A stretch of DNA of 44,667 nucleotides from Octopus sinensis (GCF_006345805.1 NW_021834896.1:1-44667), one strand, 5' to 3'; counted from the first letter of the stretch, positions 22,829-35,316 are shown. Translations and numbers: made by a program. Notes: a model not told the origin generated them from the letters alone.

Positions 22829-23009
22829 TTCCACCACCACATATGCGCCCTTAAACATTTTAGAAAATCTTTTACTTGATATTACTAACCCCCGCATTTT
22901 CTTTCTCATGCCATAATTCATATTTCAGGCGACTACATTCAACCACTAACACTGCCTGCCTACAAACCTGTTAGGGAAGATATAAGACGATTTGAACTAT
23001 AATAAAACT

Positions 23010-24660
23010 CACACGTACCAATAATAAAGCCCACACTGGCTTCGACATCAGCTATGCTTTCGTACCCATTCCCCGCAAGACACTTTTACGTAAAATACTC
23101 AACACCTTCTAAACAAACAAGACAAATGCTTGCTAGCAAATTATTTGCCTAGTGACCAAGCCCACAGAATGTACAAAGGCAATACTTTCTGAATTTGCAA
23201 TTTTCCGAATCAACTACCACAGAGATCCGCCCTCTCTTCAACTCTTTTTTAACAAGACCTTCCCACATACAGTCAAAAGTTACAGTCTCAAAACTAGATG
23301 ACATCACACACACACACACGCGCGCAATTACTCACATGTATCTAGACAGAACTGTACAACTATTACAAATAATAAATAGCGTAGAAACTTATTCCAAACC
23401 AACAAACAAACTGAGAGTAGCACTTACCAAGTCCACACTTTTACATTTGACCAGCAGCATCAGACAAAGAACATTAAATACAAGCAGCCATCTCACTTAA
23501 CAACGCAAAGATGCAACACACAGAGAGAAGGAAAAATACTAGATGTAACTTACAACATTCATACAATATACGTGTTACAATAGGAAAGCAAAACATCGCA
23601 CAAACATACTTAGAGCCCTCACAAATACGACAGTTGACCAACAGAAAGAAACGGTCCCTGATCTTTCCACAGGATAAACAACTAAATACACAAAAAATTC
23701 ATCATGTGTCATTATATAGACTCGAAATGAGAAATCACCTCGACATTAGAGGAGCAACTGTAGTGGAGGTGCAATGGCCCAGTGGTTAGGGCAGCGGATT
23801 CGCGGTCGTAAGAATGCGGTTTCTATTCCCAGACCAGGCATTGTGTGTTTATTGAGCAAAAACACCTAAGTTCCACGAGGTTCCGGTGTGAGGGTGGTAG
23901 TGGTGGTGGTGGTGAACCCCGCTGTACTCTTTCACCACAACTTTCTCTCACTCTTTCTTCCTACTTCTGCCACAAAGCAGAGGAACCATGGTGTAACCCA
24001 CTATGGTGTGTAAACTTTCAGACCCTGGTCAAGATTGCGAATCCTCTGTACCCCAGGATGGTTCAGCTCGCCACCCGTTAAAAAGCCACCGTTTATGGAA
24101 TGAGGATAACAACGTAGCTTTCGAGCCCGTGCAACCGCCAGTCTATCGCGTGTGGTGGGTGGATCTTCAAGTTGCCACACGCATTCTTAGTAGGTTAGAG
24201 TAGGCTCGAATTAGAGATTATTCTTTGTGGCTAAGAAGAAGAAGAAGAAGAAGAAGAACTGTTTGTTGTCGCACCGAGCTTCAAATTCCAGTTTCTGTCA
24301 TTATCTGGAAAACCATGACCAAACACTACGACGCATAAAACACTTCCAGCATCGTAAAATCACTCTTACTTCCACTCAGCCAATACAAATATAATAAACA
24401 ATAACCCATACATGCACAGATACTTCCAGCATAAATAGCGTCACTGACCACCAAAGATTATGCTGGGATGCACACCGCTAACAATAAATGAAGAGGAACA
24501 GCGACTGTCGTAGTCTGACCGAGTTCACCTCGCCCGGCTCCGGTTGCGCCCCACCAGGATCTACAGATCCTGGAAATGGAAAGAAAACATATCTCCAGAT
24601 TGTCACGCTGCAACTCTACTATTTATCAGTTCATATCAGAATATGCAGTATGGTCTTCAG
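23010..24660 (+). mobile_element. Heavily decayed I/Nimb-group-like LINE ORF2 remnant, interrupted at ~23762-24256
   Basis: Manual translation: FDISYAFVPIPRKTLLRKIL (23041-23100), LPQRSALSSTLF (23214-23249, a PQGS-like motif), LDDI (23294-23305, a YADD-like motif), KAKHRTNILRALT, and MLGCTPLTINEEEQRLS*SDRVHLARLR (~24460-24545). Confidence 0.6.
23765..24256 (+). mobile_element. SINE family D head joined to a different tail ending in (GAA)n
   Basis: Family D head to ~23960, unrelated sequence, then a (GAA)n tract. AACTGT flanks both sides (23756-23761, 24257-24262). Confidence 0.6.
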
Positions 24661-24931
24661 CAATAAGAATCTATGGTACATCGGGAACAACAGATGTGTA
24701 GGTTTCATTTTATCGCGTGGCCGACGGCATGGAAAACAAGTGATTAAATACGGAAAACGAGTGATCAAATCTTACATTTTAATGTTAGGAGTAGTGTACA
24801 GATATTGAATACTGTAAAAAAGAGGAGGTCGTCAGAATTTTAGAAAAGAATTTTTTAAAATTTAGGTAGTATTATCAGCGCTTTCGTTCGTCTTCGAACT
24901 TGTCAAATAAATTTGTGAATATATATATATA

Positions 24932-25284
24932 CGAGGGTGAGTTAAAAAGTAATGCCATTTTGTTTAGGACAGGTATGATTACCAACACAGGAAAATGTAT
25001 CATACATTAAGATGAAGCTGGTCCTCTGTGGATCACATCCCTTCTGAACATAGTCACCGTTTCTCTCAATAGCAATGTTCCACCTTCCAATAAGAGCATG
25101 TATCCCTGCCCCGTAAAATTCTGTTGACTGTTCTTTGAGTCACTTCTTCACCACAGTTTTCACTTTCTCGTCACTGGAATAATGCTTGCCTCTCAAACCC
25201 TCTTTCGTGGCGCCGAAGAGGTGAGATGATAGTGTGAAGGCGCTAAATCTGTTGAGTGTGGAGGTAGTGAAGAAGTTTTGTCTC
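24932..25284 (-). mobile_element. Mariner 3' fragment with TIR
   Basis: TA plus CGAGGGTGAGTTAAAAAG. Minus-strand translation includes a DLAPS-like motif then HLFGATKEGLRGKHYSSDEKVK...RWNIAIERNGDYV. Confidence 0.85.
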
Positions 25285-25302
25285 AGAGTCTATATATTTT
25301 TT

Positions 25303-25646
25303 GCGGAGGGTGAAATTGGTAACAAGAGCAGGACAGTGAGAACAAAACAGTAGCCCTCATCGTTTGTTTTTACTGTTTTGTTCTCATTGTCCTGTCTTTT
25401 ACTGTGTTTACTTTTTTATTGTTTTTACTGTTTTGTTCTCACTGTCCTGTTCTTGTTACCACTTTCACCCTCCGCATAAAATCCCAAATTTTATTTAATT
25501 TTCTTTGCGGGAAGGACTGTTTCAACGAAGTAGCGTCTTGTCCTTACCTTCGGGACGCGGAGTAGATGAAACAGGGACAACTGAAGAAGGGGAATTTTAT
25601 GTTTTCGTTTCTCCTTGTGTTCAACGTCTTTTTGATGTCCTGTACT
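25303..25646 (-). mobile_element. Unclassified hairpin-ended element (copy 2 of 2)
   Basis: Arms ~25303-25352 and ~25427-25476. Body is the reverse complement of the 2878 copy. Confidence 0.75.
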
Positions 25647-25740
25647 CATATATGCATGTATATATACATATATATGTATGTATGTACATATATGTATGTA
25701 TATATGCTTATATTTATATATTATTTATATTACATATGTA

Positions 25741-25956
25741 TTACTCTTTTACTCTTTTACTTGTTTCAGTCATGTGACTGTGGCCATGCTGGAGCACCGC
25801 CTTTAGTCGATCAAATCGACCCCAGACTTATTCTTTGTAAGCCTAGTACTTATTTTATCGGTCTCTTTTTTGTCAAACCGCTAAGTTACGGGGACGTAAA
25901 CACACCAGCATCGGTTGTCAAGCGATGTTGGGGGGGACAAACACAGACACACAAAC
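25741..25956 (-). mobile_element. SINE family B, 3' half
   Basis: (TACTCTTT)n tail and GTTTCAGTCATGTGACTGTGGCCATGCTGGAGCACCGCC. Confidence 0.9.
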
Positions 25957-26053
25957 ACGCACATACATACGCCTATTATTTATATTACATCATATATATA
26001 TATATATATATACCTACATATCTTTTCCTCTTTCTTTTTATCTACTTTCTACC

Positions 26054-26099
<46 letters not shown>

Positions 26100-26407
26100 C
26101 TCTCTCTCTTCTCTTCTCTTTATTTTCACGCCATCATATTTTGAAGTTCAGTCCAAGATTCAACAGTTCGTACTTCCACAGCTTTCGCACGTGAACTCTC
26201 CCTGTCTGCTTGTGATCACTCACTCACAGCCGGGTGAAATCCACTTTTCAAAGTTCATTCACTTAATTAAGGAGACGGAATACAGCGAAGGTGGTGAGGG
26301 TGGAATACGAATGTTCGAGCTTTTCAACATCAAGTCGTCACCATATCTACTTCCAAATTTTGTGATTCTTATCTAATTCATTTAAGAGGCACCGTGTGTG
26401 TGTGTGT

Positions 26408-26447
<40 letters not shown>

Positions 26448-26616
26448 GTGTGTGTGTGTGTCTGTGTGTCTGTGTGTCTGTGTCTGTGTGTGTGTCTGTG
26501 TGCGTGTCTGTGTGTCTGTGTCTTGCTTCTTAAATTCTAATTAAGCATAATAGAATCGTGAATTTGCAAATACATACACTCACACGCATATATATTTGAA
26601 TGTACATATATATGTG

Positions 26617-26656
<40 letters not shown>

Positions 26657-26937
26657 TATGTCTGTGTGGGATGTATGAATTTACATTTCGACAACAAACT
26701 CCATACACATCCCTGCATTAAGCACTTACAAGTGCACGTGAACTATAAGTACCTTCACCTCTTAATACACACACACACACACACACAAAATGCACACACA
26801 CACACACCTAATTATTTGTTCTTGATGTTAACTCTATAAAAAGCGACATACAACCAGTTTTAGATTTCCATACAGTCCATCACACTCCCGTATATACACA
26901 CAGGAAATATATTCGTATTAGCATAATGTATGATGTA

Positions 26938-27455
26938 TTGGGTTGTCCGGAAAGTTCGTGCCGATTTATAGTAGCTTACCATTCGACTTATTTTAGATAT
27001 GGTTGAGGTTCATAAAATAGGATTTGACTACACCTCCGTTTAGAGCACAGTTTAAGCTATCTTTTCGTGGAAGAAAGTTTATGTTCCTAAAACCTGTGTT
27101 AATTTTGTAACCCTTAAAAATGGAAGATAAGAAAGTTCATTTTCTGCACTTGATGCTTTGGGAACCAGACAAAAATTGCTGCAGCTCGGGTGGGATGTGT
27201 TACCCCACCTTCCATATTCACCAGATATTGCTCCTTCGGATATCCACTTATTCATTTCTCTGCAGAATAGTTTTAATGATAAAAATTTCAATTCCTTGGA
27301 TGATATAAAAAGATACGTTGATGAATTGTTTGCCATGAAACCACCTCAATTCTGGGAAGAGGGTATTTTCAAGTTAAAGGAAAGATGGAGACGCATTTAT
27401 TTATTGACCTTTTTCTTTCCTTTAAAAATCGGCACGAACTTTCCGGACAACCCAA
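26938..27455 (+). mobile_element. Complete 518 bp non-autonomous mariner (internal deletion derivative)
   Basis: Perfect 30 bp TIRs TTGGGTTGTCCGGAAAGTTCGTGCCGATTT with TA at both ends. N-terminal MEDKKVHFLHLML is joined to C-terminal LGWDVLPHLPYSPDIAPSDIHLF...KLKERW. Confidence 0.95.
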
Positions 27456-27697
27456 TAGTTGTACAGACCATAACAACCATACAATACATAAAATGATTAA
27501 ATAACAAAAGAATTTTCTTTTAAAAAGTGGTACGAAATAAGTGAGTAACGTTTCTTTCGAAGGTAGACAAACGAATGACAGAATAATCATACAAAGTATT
27601 TACATAAGAAGAAACTTCATCATAGTATAGACATATTGTCTACTTTAAGGAGACTAAAGGTTGTTGTGTGAAACATAGATTAACATAGATTAACATA

Positions 27698-27859
27698 GGC
27701 GCAGGAGTGACTGTGTGGTAAGTAGGTTGCTTACCAACCACATGGTTCCAGGTTCATTTCCACTGCGTAGCACCTTGGACAAGTGTCTTCTACTATTGCC
27801 TCGAGCCGACCAATGTCTTGTGAATGGATTTGGTAGACGGAAACTGAAAGAAGCCCGTC

Positions 27860-27924
<65 letters not shown>

Positions 27925-27958
27925 TGTATATATGTAAGTAAGTATGTATGTATGTATG

Positions 27959-27992
<34 letters not shown>

Positions 27993-28223
27993 TTATGTAT
28001 GTGTATTATATGTTTGTGTGTCTGTGTTTGTCCCCCAAACATCACTTGACAACCGATGGTAGTGCGTTTACGTCCCCGTAACTTAGTGGCTCGGCAAAAG
28101 AGACCGATAGAATAAGTACTAGGCTTCCAAAGAATAAGTCCTGGTGGGGTCGATTTGCCCGACTAAAGGTGGTGCTCCAGCATTGCCACAGTCAAATGAA
28201 TGACTGAAACAAGTAAAAGAGAG
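27698..28223 (+). mobile_element. SINE family B, full length, with expanded internal microsatellite
   Basis: Head GGCGCAGGAGTG, ~160 bp (TA)n(TATG)n linker, and 3' half. Confidence 0.92.
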
Positions 28224-28257
28224 TTCTCAGCGATGATATTTGAAAATCTCTGGCATG

Positions 28258-28260
28258 TTT

Positions 28261-28327
<67 letters not shown>

Positions 28328-28387
28328 GGTGGTGGTGGTGGTGGTGGTGGTGGTGGTGATGGTGGTGGTGGTGGTGGTGGTAGTAGT

Positions 28388-28478
<91 letters not shown>
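28258..28478. repeat. Compound trinucleotide tract (TAG)n-(TGG)n-(TAG)-(CAG)n-(TAG)n
   Basis: Direct reading. Source of the poly-T/L/P/V ORFs. Confidence 0.95.
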
Positions 28479-29747
28479 TGGGGTTGCATGTAACGGTCCG
28501 TCGTTGTACCCGCCATTCGCTGGTGGTACTCAACTTCTAGCGGATGAGAACCTTTGCACCACTCAGGTGACACCCCCTCCAACCCATGGATCTGTTTGGA
28601 GAGGCGTTACTGGTGTGGGTTTTGCGAGGTCGGAGAGTGCAAATCCTACTTCAGCTTCTCTTGGTCGTCTTTTACGAAACGCAGAGCAAACGTTTGGTCT
28701 GTTCTTTTCGAGTCGAGGAAATATCAATTCATTGCTGGTGCAGTTCTTTTTCCCTTCAATCTTCTTTTCGATTAGATTCAGAGAAGAATGTGCGGGACTA
28801 GTAGGGGATGAGAAAGTATCAGAGTGCACAATGTTAGTGATAGTCTTTCTCGGTAATGAATGGACAGCCATCATGTATGTATGTATGTATGTATGTATGT
28901 ATGTATGTATGTATGTATGTATGAAAGCATACCATACTGATACAGCCAATGTCTAAACTGAAGAGCTGTAGATCAATCTCTGCAGGTAAAACATGGGGGA
29001 TATGAGAGCTAGGTGCGTGAGTTCCGGTTTGGAGCGAATGAATACAACACACTAAATTCTACTAAAAGCGAAGACAAATTTGAATGCTAAAGGATTTCTG
29101 CTGTGTACGTTTGTAAAGTTTAGGTAAGCTCTGCTAAAGGCACCCAAGGAGCTTAATGTTTAATTTACACGCGATCTTATCTAAATGTTTGCAATAGAAA
29201 GGATTCTGTAGCATCACTACACGATTCAAAGAACCTCTAGTGATGTGATGGTAATTCTGGTAAGAAGAATTAGTTGGCGGAGGGAATGGTTAATGCAGAC
29301 AGCGAGGTCTGAGATTGAGAGAAAGCAGAAATATTGAAAACGGGAGCGTCCAGTGGATATACCAGACAAGTGATTTTTATATCAGTACTACAAGGTAACG
29401 AGGTATCGACCTTTAACTACTATTCGCTGTTTGCTTACAGTTTAATGGACGAGACCTATCTAATACTTACCTATGTTGGTCATGTACACAGCACAAAGCA
29501 GTACCTTCGACAGATTACAGCAGCAGACGTCTCGTCTGTTAGTAGCTGACCTGTCGTCTGCTGCCTGTTTTACTCATAACTACTTGGTAATCCCTCACAG
29601 TCTAACACGCCGCTGTTCATGGCTTCAGCCTTCAGTTTCAATGAAAAATTACAAACAGAAAATAAAATAATGAAAAAAAGCAAGTTACATGTTTTACGTA
29701 CTTTTTGATGATTGTTCTTTTTTATTATATATATATATATATATATA

Positions 29748-30154
29748 GGCGCAGGAGTGGCTGTGTGGTAAGTAGCTTGCTTACCAAACACATGGTTCCG
29801 GGTTCATTCCCACTGTGTGGCACCTTGGGCAAGTGTCTTCTACTATAGCCTCGGGCCGACCAAAACCTTGTGAGTGGATTTGGTAGACGGAAACTGAAAG
29901 AAGCCCGTCGAATATATGTATATATATATATATATATGTGTGTTTGTCTCCCCCCCCCAACATCGTTTGACAACCGATGCTGGTGTGTTTACGTCCCCGT
30001 AACTTAGCGGTTCGGCAAGAGAGACCGATAGAATAAGTACTAGGCTTACAAAGAATAAGCCCTGGGATCGATTTGCTCGATTAAAGGCGGTGCTCCAGCA
30101 TGGCCGCAGCCAAATGACTGAAACAAGTAAAAGAGGAAAAGAGAAGAAAAGAGT
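29748..30154 (+). mobile_element. SINE family B, full length
   Basis: Complete head, CCTTGGGCAAGT motif, short linker, and an AAAAGAG-type tail. Confidence 0.93.
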
Positions 30155-30164
30155 ATATATATAT

Positions 30165-30199
<35 letters not shown>

Positions 30200-30590
30200 T
30201 TATTTATATATATTTATTTATATATATATATATATATTGTATTCTGGCATCGAACGAAAATAGTCATTTCCTTAGTCTCCCATCCGATATTCTCTTGGCA
30301 TACATGTCAGATCAAGTTTGATATTGCATGGGATAGACGTGTGTGTGAAGGCGAAGGAATTTCGAATCCGGATTAAATTATCTGAGAGTGAAAAATACAA
30401 TGCAATGGAAATTAATTGATGATGTAGTCTCTTAGAACAGTTGTTTTAGTCTTTGTCTTTTTTTTGTTTTTCTTTTGCTGTTGTCTTTTATTAATTTTTT
30501 TTGTGTAGGTGTTTTTGTGCATGCGTGTGCGCTTTGTTTACTACCACCAACGTCCTCCTATACCGTACAAACATACACTTGCACACACAG

Positions 30591-30624
<34 letters not shown>

Positions 30625-31301
30625 ACACACACAAAATACACTAACACACACACACGCACGCACGCACTCACACGCACACACACGTGTGCAAACACACATC
30701 ATGCTAAAAAAAAATCAACCCAGAAATAATGATTGGATGTAAATGTAATTTGGAAAAAAGATGGAATGTTAGAATTGCTTCTGTCAATACGTAGGCAAAT
30801 TAACAATAAAGTTAGAAGATATATATAACTTCCAGAAGGTTTCTACAACATGGCGGCGAAATGGTTTAATCGAGAAGACGGTGGACAGAATGCTGTGTGA
30901 TATATAGTAATGTCTTTATAGATTACTTTATTTTTTCTTTGGTTCAGATCATACAGAGGCCGACTTGCTTATCATCATGTAGGAGGATCGATAAATAAGT
31001 GGTATTGATTCAGTTGAACATCTGTAGTTCTGTATTTATAGATGTATTGGCGAGGTATGGTATCTTAGAAAGTTGTAGTTTGGGATAAAAATGGCTGAGC
31101 GAAGTGTTTCAAGTGAGGTCACGGAGTCAATACACTGCAATAAGGGTGACGGAAGGAAAAGAGACATGTGGACTGAGTTTGCTTGGGTGTAGAAAGGAGG
31201 TAAATTGTTGTCTTTTTTGTTGGTACATGAGTTAACCTGATCGAATTAGTAAACCTACGAGCAAAACGTTCCAGCAATGCTCATTCTTTTTCCAGGCATT
31301 A

Positions 31302-32020
31302 TACGAAAGAAACCGAAATTTTGCAATGTGATTTTATTCACTTAGATTTACGTGTTTACATTTTTATGGCCTTCAAAGCATTCTCCACTTGAAGCAATGC
31401 ATTGGTCCAGACGCGTTTTCCACTGTTCGAAGCAGTGCTGGAAATCTTGTAAAGTGATGCCTTTTAACGTCTCCATCGTTTTTTTCTTGAACCTCTTCCA
31501 TATCCTTCTCCATCTACAAATTCCGTAGCATCAGCTTTTGTCACCAGTGATGACCTCCGCAAAAAAGGTCAGGATCAACTTCCAACTGTTTTTTTTTCTT
31601 TCTTGTGTTTTTTCAGTTCATGACACACATTCAGTCGTGACTGCTTTTGATCTTCCGTGAGCAAGCGAGGCTCAAATGTTGCTGCAACTCTTTTCATTCG
31701 CAATTCCTCTCAAAATTCGTTGGCAGGAATTCCAGGACACAAATGCCATATCAACAAATTCGTCGGTTGTTCGGCGACGGTCCTCCAAAATCGGTTCGTG
31801 AATTTTCATGATGTTTTCATTCGTTCGGGAGATCAACGATCGCCCTGAACGTGACTGGTCATCAAGCGACACGTGACCGTTCCTAAAGATTGAAAAGCAC
31901 TCGTAAATTTGTTTTACTCATGGCAGCGGCCTTTGTAAGCTGTTTGAAGCATGACAATTGTTTCGGCTGCCGTTTTCCCCAGCAGAAAACAGATTTTCAC
32001 GGAAGTACGCTACCCCTTCG
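31302..32020 (-). mobile_element. Internally deleted mariner, paralogue of 7190-8030 without the SINE insertion
   Basis: Minus strand: LGKTAAETIVMLQTAYK, SLDDQSRSGR, EDRR and an ITGD-KS* motif. Same deletion junction (TACGGAATTTG). TIR remnant TACCCCTTCG at 32011-32020. Confidence 0.85.
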
Positions 32021-32400
32021 TTTCAGCCATCGCCCCTTGAAGGAAGGCCGGTTTGTAGGCTCCCAGGGGTCAGCAAAATGTCAAGAGGGCACTAAGGAGG
32101 GCGCTTAGTGTTTAAATTCATGATATTCTTTAGAAAATATTTAAAACCAGGTACAATATTTAGACCTTAAACATATTTTTCAAAACATCACTTGTCGTGA
32201 TTAGGATAGTAATAGGACGTTGTATCAGTAGTAAGACGCTGATCGCCCGATTAGTGCATGTATCATCAGCGATGTTGCATGCACCCATGTCCAACATAAT
32301 TTCGTTATACAGGTTCTCGCCTTCTTTACAAATTTCCATAAAAGTGTAACATAGGGTGCTGTAATCCACGTACATATTTAAAAAGAGGCACATGTACAGC

Positions 32401-32444
32401 ATAAGATAATATAAGAACATATGAATGTTCTTATATTATCTTAT
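32401..32444. repeat. Perfect 20 bp inverted repeat with 4 nt loop
   Basis: ATAAGATAATATAAGAACAT-ATGA-ATGTTCTTATATTATCTTAT. Confidence 0.9.
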
Positions 32445-32486
32445 AATATAAGATAGCACGAAATTAGCTTCGGTTTTATGTACTTA

Positions 32487-32520
32487 CTAGCTGAATAGCC
32501 CGTCGCTGCCGGGCAAGTTT
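32487..32520 (-). mobile_element. Helitron-type 3' terminus
   Basis: Minus strand GCCCG-GCAGCGA-CGGGC hairpin, 7 nt, then CTAG followed by T. Confidence 0.65.
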
Positions 32521-33101
32521 TACAATAGAATGTCTGATATAAATTTGTTTATTCCATGTTAGACCATGCCTTCCCCGACAAATAGGCTTCTTGATCAGGA
32601 CAAATTTGTGCAATTTTTCGCAAAAAACGTCGTTGGGGATTTTTTTCTTTTTTAAATCATCCACGGTCTGTTCGACCGTTTCACATGACTTTATTCAGTA
32701 AAACTTATTAAAACTTCAGAAGTTCTTACAGCTTTGGTCGTCGTAATGCTATGCTTTCGTTTGTTTAATAAAAGATTCTCCTCGTAATGATTTTGCTTTC
32801 ATTTTGTGATAGACAGATCTCATGCAAAAAATGCAGCTTCCAAATCCTGTTTTTCCATTAGGTAAAATTGATTAAACTTTAAACCTCAGTAACATTTATT
32901 TGCAATTTTTCAGGAACAAATAAATTACAAAATCGGATTTACCTTGGAAAATTATTTCAATGTACCAAGTTTGAAAATTTTACGTAATTTCAAAATTTCA
33001 CAATATGTGACAGCAACAGGGTATTTTCTTTTATCCAAAAGTAGAGACAAACAGTTATAGCACGTGACACACACACGCGCACACACACACACACACACAT
33101 A

Positions 33102-33795
33102 CATAGATAAGACAGTAAGGTGTGATTTGGGGGAAATTTGGCTGCTATTTCTACCAGGTCTAGCTGCCATGTAGGGGTCTCCCTCATAGGCTCATACATA
33201 CATATATACATAGATAAGACAGTAAGGTGTGATTTGGGGGAAATTTGGCTGCTATTTCTACCAGGTCTAGCTGCCATGTAGGGGTCTCCCTCATAGGCTC
33301 ATACATACATAATATACATAGATAAGACAGTAAGTGTGATTTGGGGGAAATTTGGCTGCTATTTCTACCAGGTCTAGCTGCCATGTAGGGGTCTCCCTCA
33401 AGGCTCATACATACATATACAAAGATAAGACAGTAAGGTGTGATTTGGGGGAAATTTGGCTGCTATTTCTACCAGGTCTAGCTGCCATGTAGGGGTCTCC
33501 CTCATAGGCTCATACATACATATATACATAGATAAGACAGTAAGGTGTGATTTGGGGGAAATTTGGCTGCTATTTCTACCAGGTCTAGCTGCCATGTAGG
33601 GGTCTCCCTCATAGGCTCATCATACATATATACATAGATAAGACAGTAAGGTGTGATTTGGGGGAAATTTGGCTGCTATTTCTACCAGGTCTAGCTACCA
33701 TGTAGAGGTCCCCCTCATTGGCTCATATATATATACATACATAAGACAGTAAGGTGTGATTTGAGGGAGATTTGGCTGCTGTTTCTACCAGGTCT
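33102..33795. repeat. Minisatellite, ~103-108 bp unit, six copies plus a partial seventh
   Basis: Unit starts at 33102, 33209, 33317, 33420, 33527, 33633 and ~33736. Confidence 0.95.
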
Positions 33796-33859
33796 GTTAG
33801 GCCTTCTCATGTAAACTCAAGCTTTCTCATGCCTTGAACATAAGACCAAAGCAGAGAAT

Positions 33860-34080
33860 GTATTCTTTTATTCTTCTGCTTTTTCCAGCCATTGGTCTGT
33901 GGCCATGCTGGGGCAATGCCTTGAAGAATTGTAGTTTAATGAATCACTCCAGTTTTATTTTTGTAAGCATTGTACTTATTCTATCTGTTTCCTTTGTCAA
34001 ACCACTAGGTGACAGGGATGTAAACAAACCAACATTCGTTGTCAAGCAGTGGTGGAGGACAATCACAAGCACAGACACGC
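33860..34080 (-). mobile_element. Old SINE family B-related 3' half
   Basis: GTGGCCATGCTGGGGCA...GTACTTATTCTATC...GTAAACAAACC...GTTGTCAAGC. Confidence 0.7.
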
Positions 34081-34158
34081 ACACACACACACACATACAT
34101 GCATGCACATATACACACATACATACATACATATATATATATGTGTGGTATATATATA

Positions 34159-34418
34159 TTGCAGCCTGGAAGGTGTTTGTAAGCCATTTAAGAAACACAC
34201 AAAAACCGTTACATTCACTTCACAACATTTAAATTTAATTTGCCAAATATTTTCGTCGCTTTGAGACCGCGACCTGTTCACTGACAAAAATATCGTGCTA
34301 ACAGGTCGCGGTCTCAAAGCGACGAAAATATTTTGACAAATTAAATTTAAATGTTGAAGTGAATCTAACGGTTTTTGTGTGTTTCTTAAATGGCTTATAA
34401 ACACCTTCAACGCTGCAA
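34159..34418. mobile_element. Fold-back element: ~120 bp inverted arms with a 21 nt loop
   Basis: Arms 34159-34278 and 34300-34418 are near reverse complements. (TA)n lies nearby on both sides. Confidence 0.8.
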
Positions 34419-34582
34419 CTGTTTTCGTTCCAGCACACGATCTCAGATCAAGTCACTTGCTATGCAAGTACATCTCTGTAACTATATATATATTTATATA
34501 TATATATATATATGTATATTGGTAAAAACAGTAAGATAACAAAAGAAAGAAAGAGACCTCAATATTATGTAAATAGAGGAAA

Positions 34583-34983
34583 TCTTTATATATAAAAGTG
34601 AGGTTGTGTGTCTGTCTGTCTCCTACGATTTAGATTCCTAACTACTCCCACATTTTGCGGTGCAGTTTAACCAAAACCGGGTATCTTATAGTCGTGATTC
34701 ATATCGAGACCGTCTGGGTATTAGCGCGCGTCTACGATGAGTCTACGATTTAAAAAAAAATTTACCATCAATTTTTCCCATTTTTAATCCATTTTTGACA
34801 TATATAAGGGAAGTAACTCTCTAAAATTTATTATTAAATCTCAGAACGTAAAAAGCTAACAGTAACACCCTCCCCCCGCTTTGTGGTTAGCCATATTGAG
34901 ATGACTATTATACTTTATCATCTCTAAAAATGCTTATATAGTTATTTCCTTACAAACCCGAGCAACGCCGGGCGATACTGCTA

Positions 34984-34984
<1 letters not shown>
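34583..34984 (+). mobile_element. Complete non-autonomous Helitron (402 bp)
   Basis: A|TC 5' end, (CTGT)n near the 5' end, 3' hairpin CCCG-AGCAACGC-CGGG (34957-34972), CTAG|T 3' end, no TSD. Confidence 0.8.
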
Positions 34985-35058
<74 letters not shown>

Positions 35059-35273
35059 ATATATGTATGTATGTATTATATGTATGTGTGTGTGTGTATT
35101 TGTATAAGTGTTTATTTGCGATGGACAGCAGAAAAGCCACCTGTGAACGATTGTTGTCAACTTACCCTCTCTCTCCTTAAAGCTACGTATTCGTCACACC
35201 CTCTTTTCTTTCCCTTCCTCGGTGTTTTAAAAGTTACTTATGTGTATGTGTGTGTATGTGCATGTCTGTGTGT

Positions 35274-35316
<43 letters not shown>

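Noticed and set aside
25581-25625. CTGAAGA followed by a GGGGAA/TTCTCC stem
   Set aside because: No GAAA after the stem, so not a hammerhead.
28958-28995. CTGAAGA followed by a CTGTAGA/TCTGCAG stem
   Set aside because: Followed by GTAAAAC rather than C-GAAA, with no stems I or III.
32160-32420. 86 aa minus-strand ORF
   Set aside because: No recognisable motif, and it starts inside an AT-rich palindrome.
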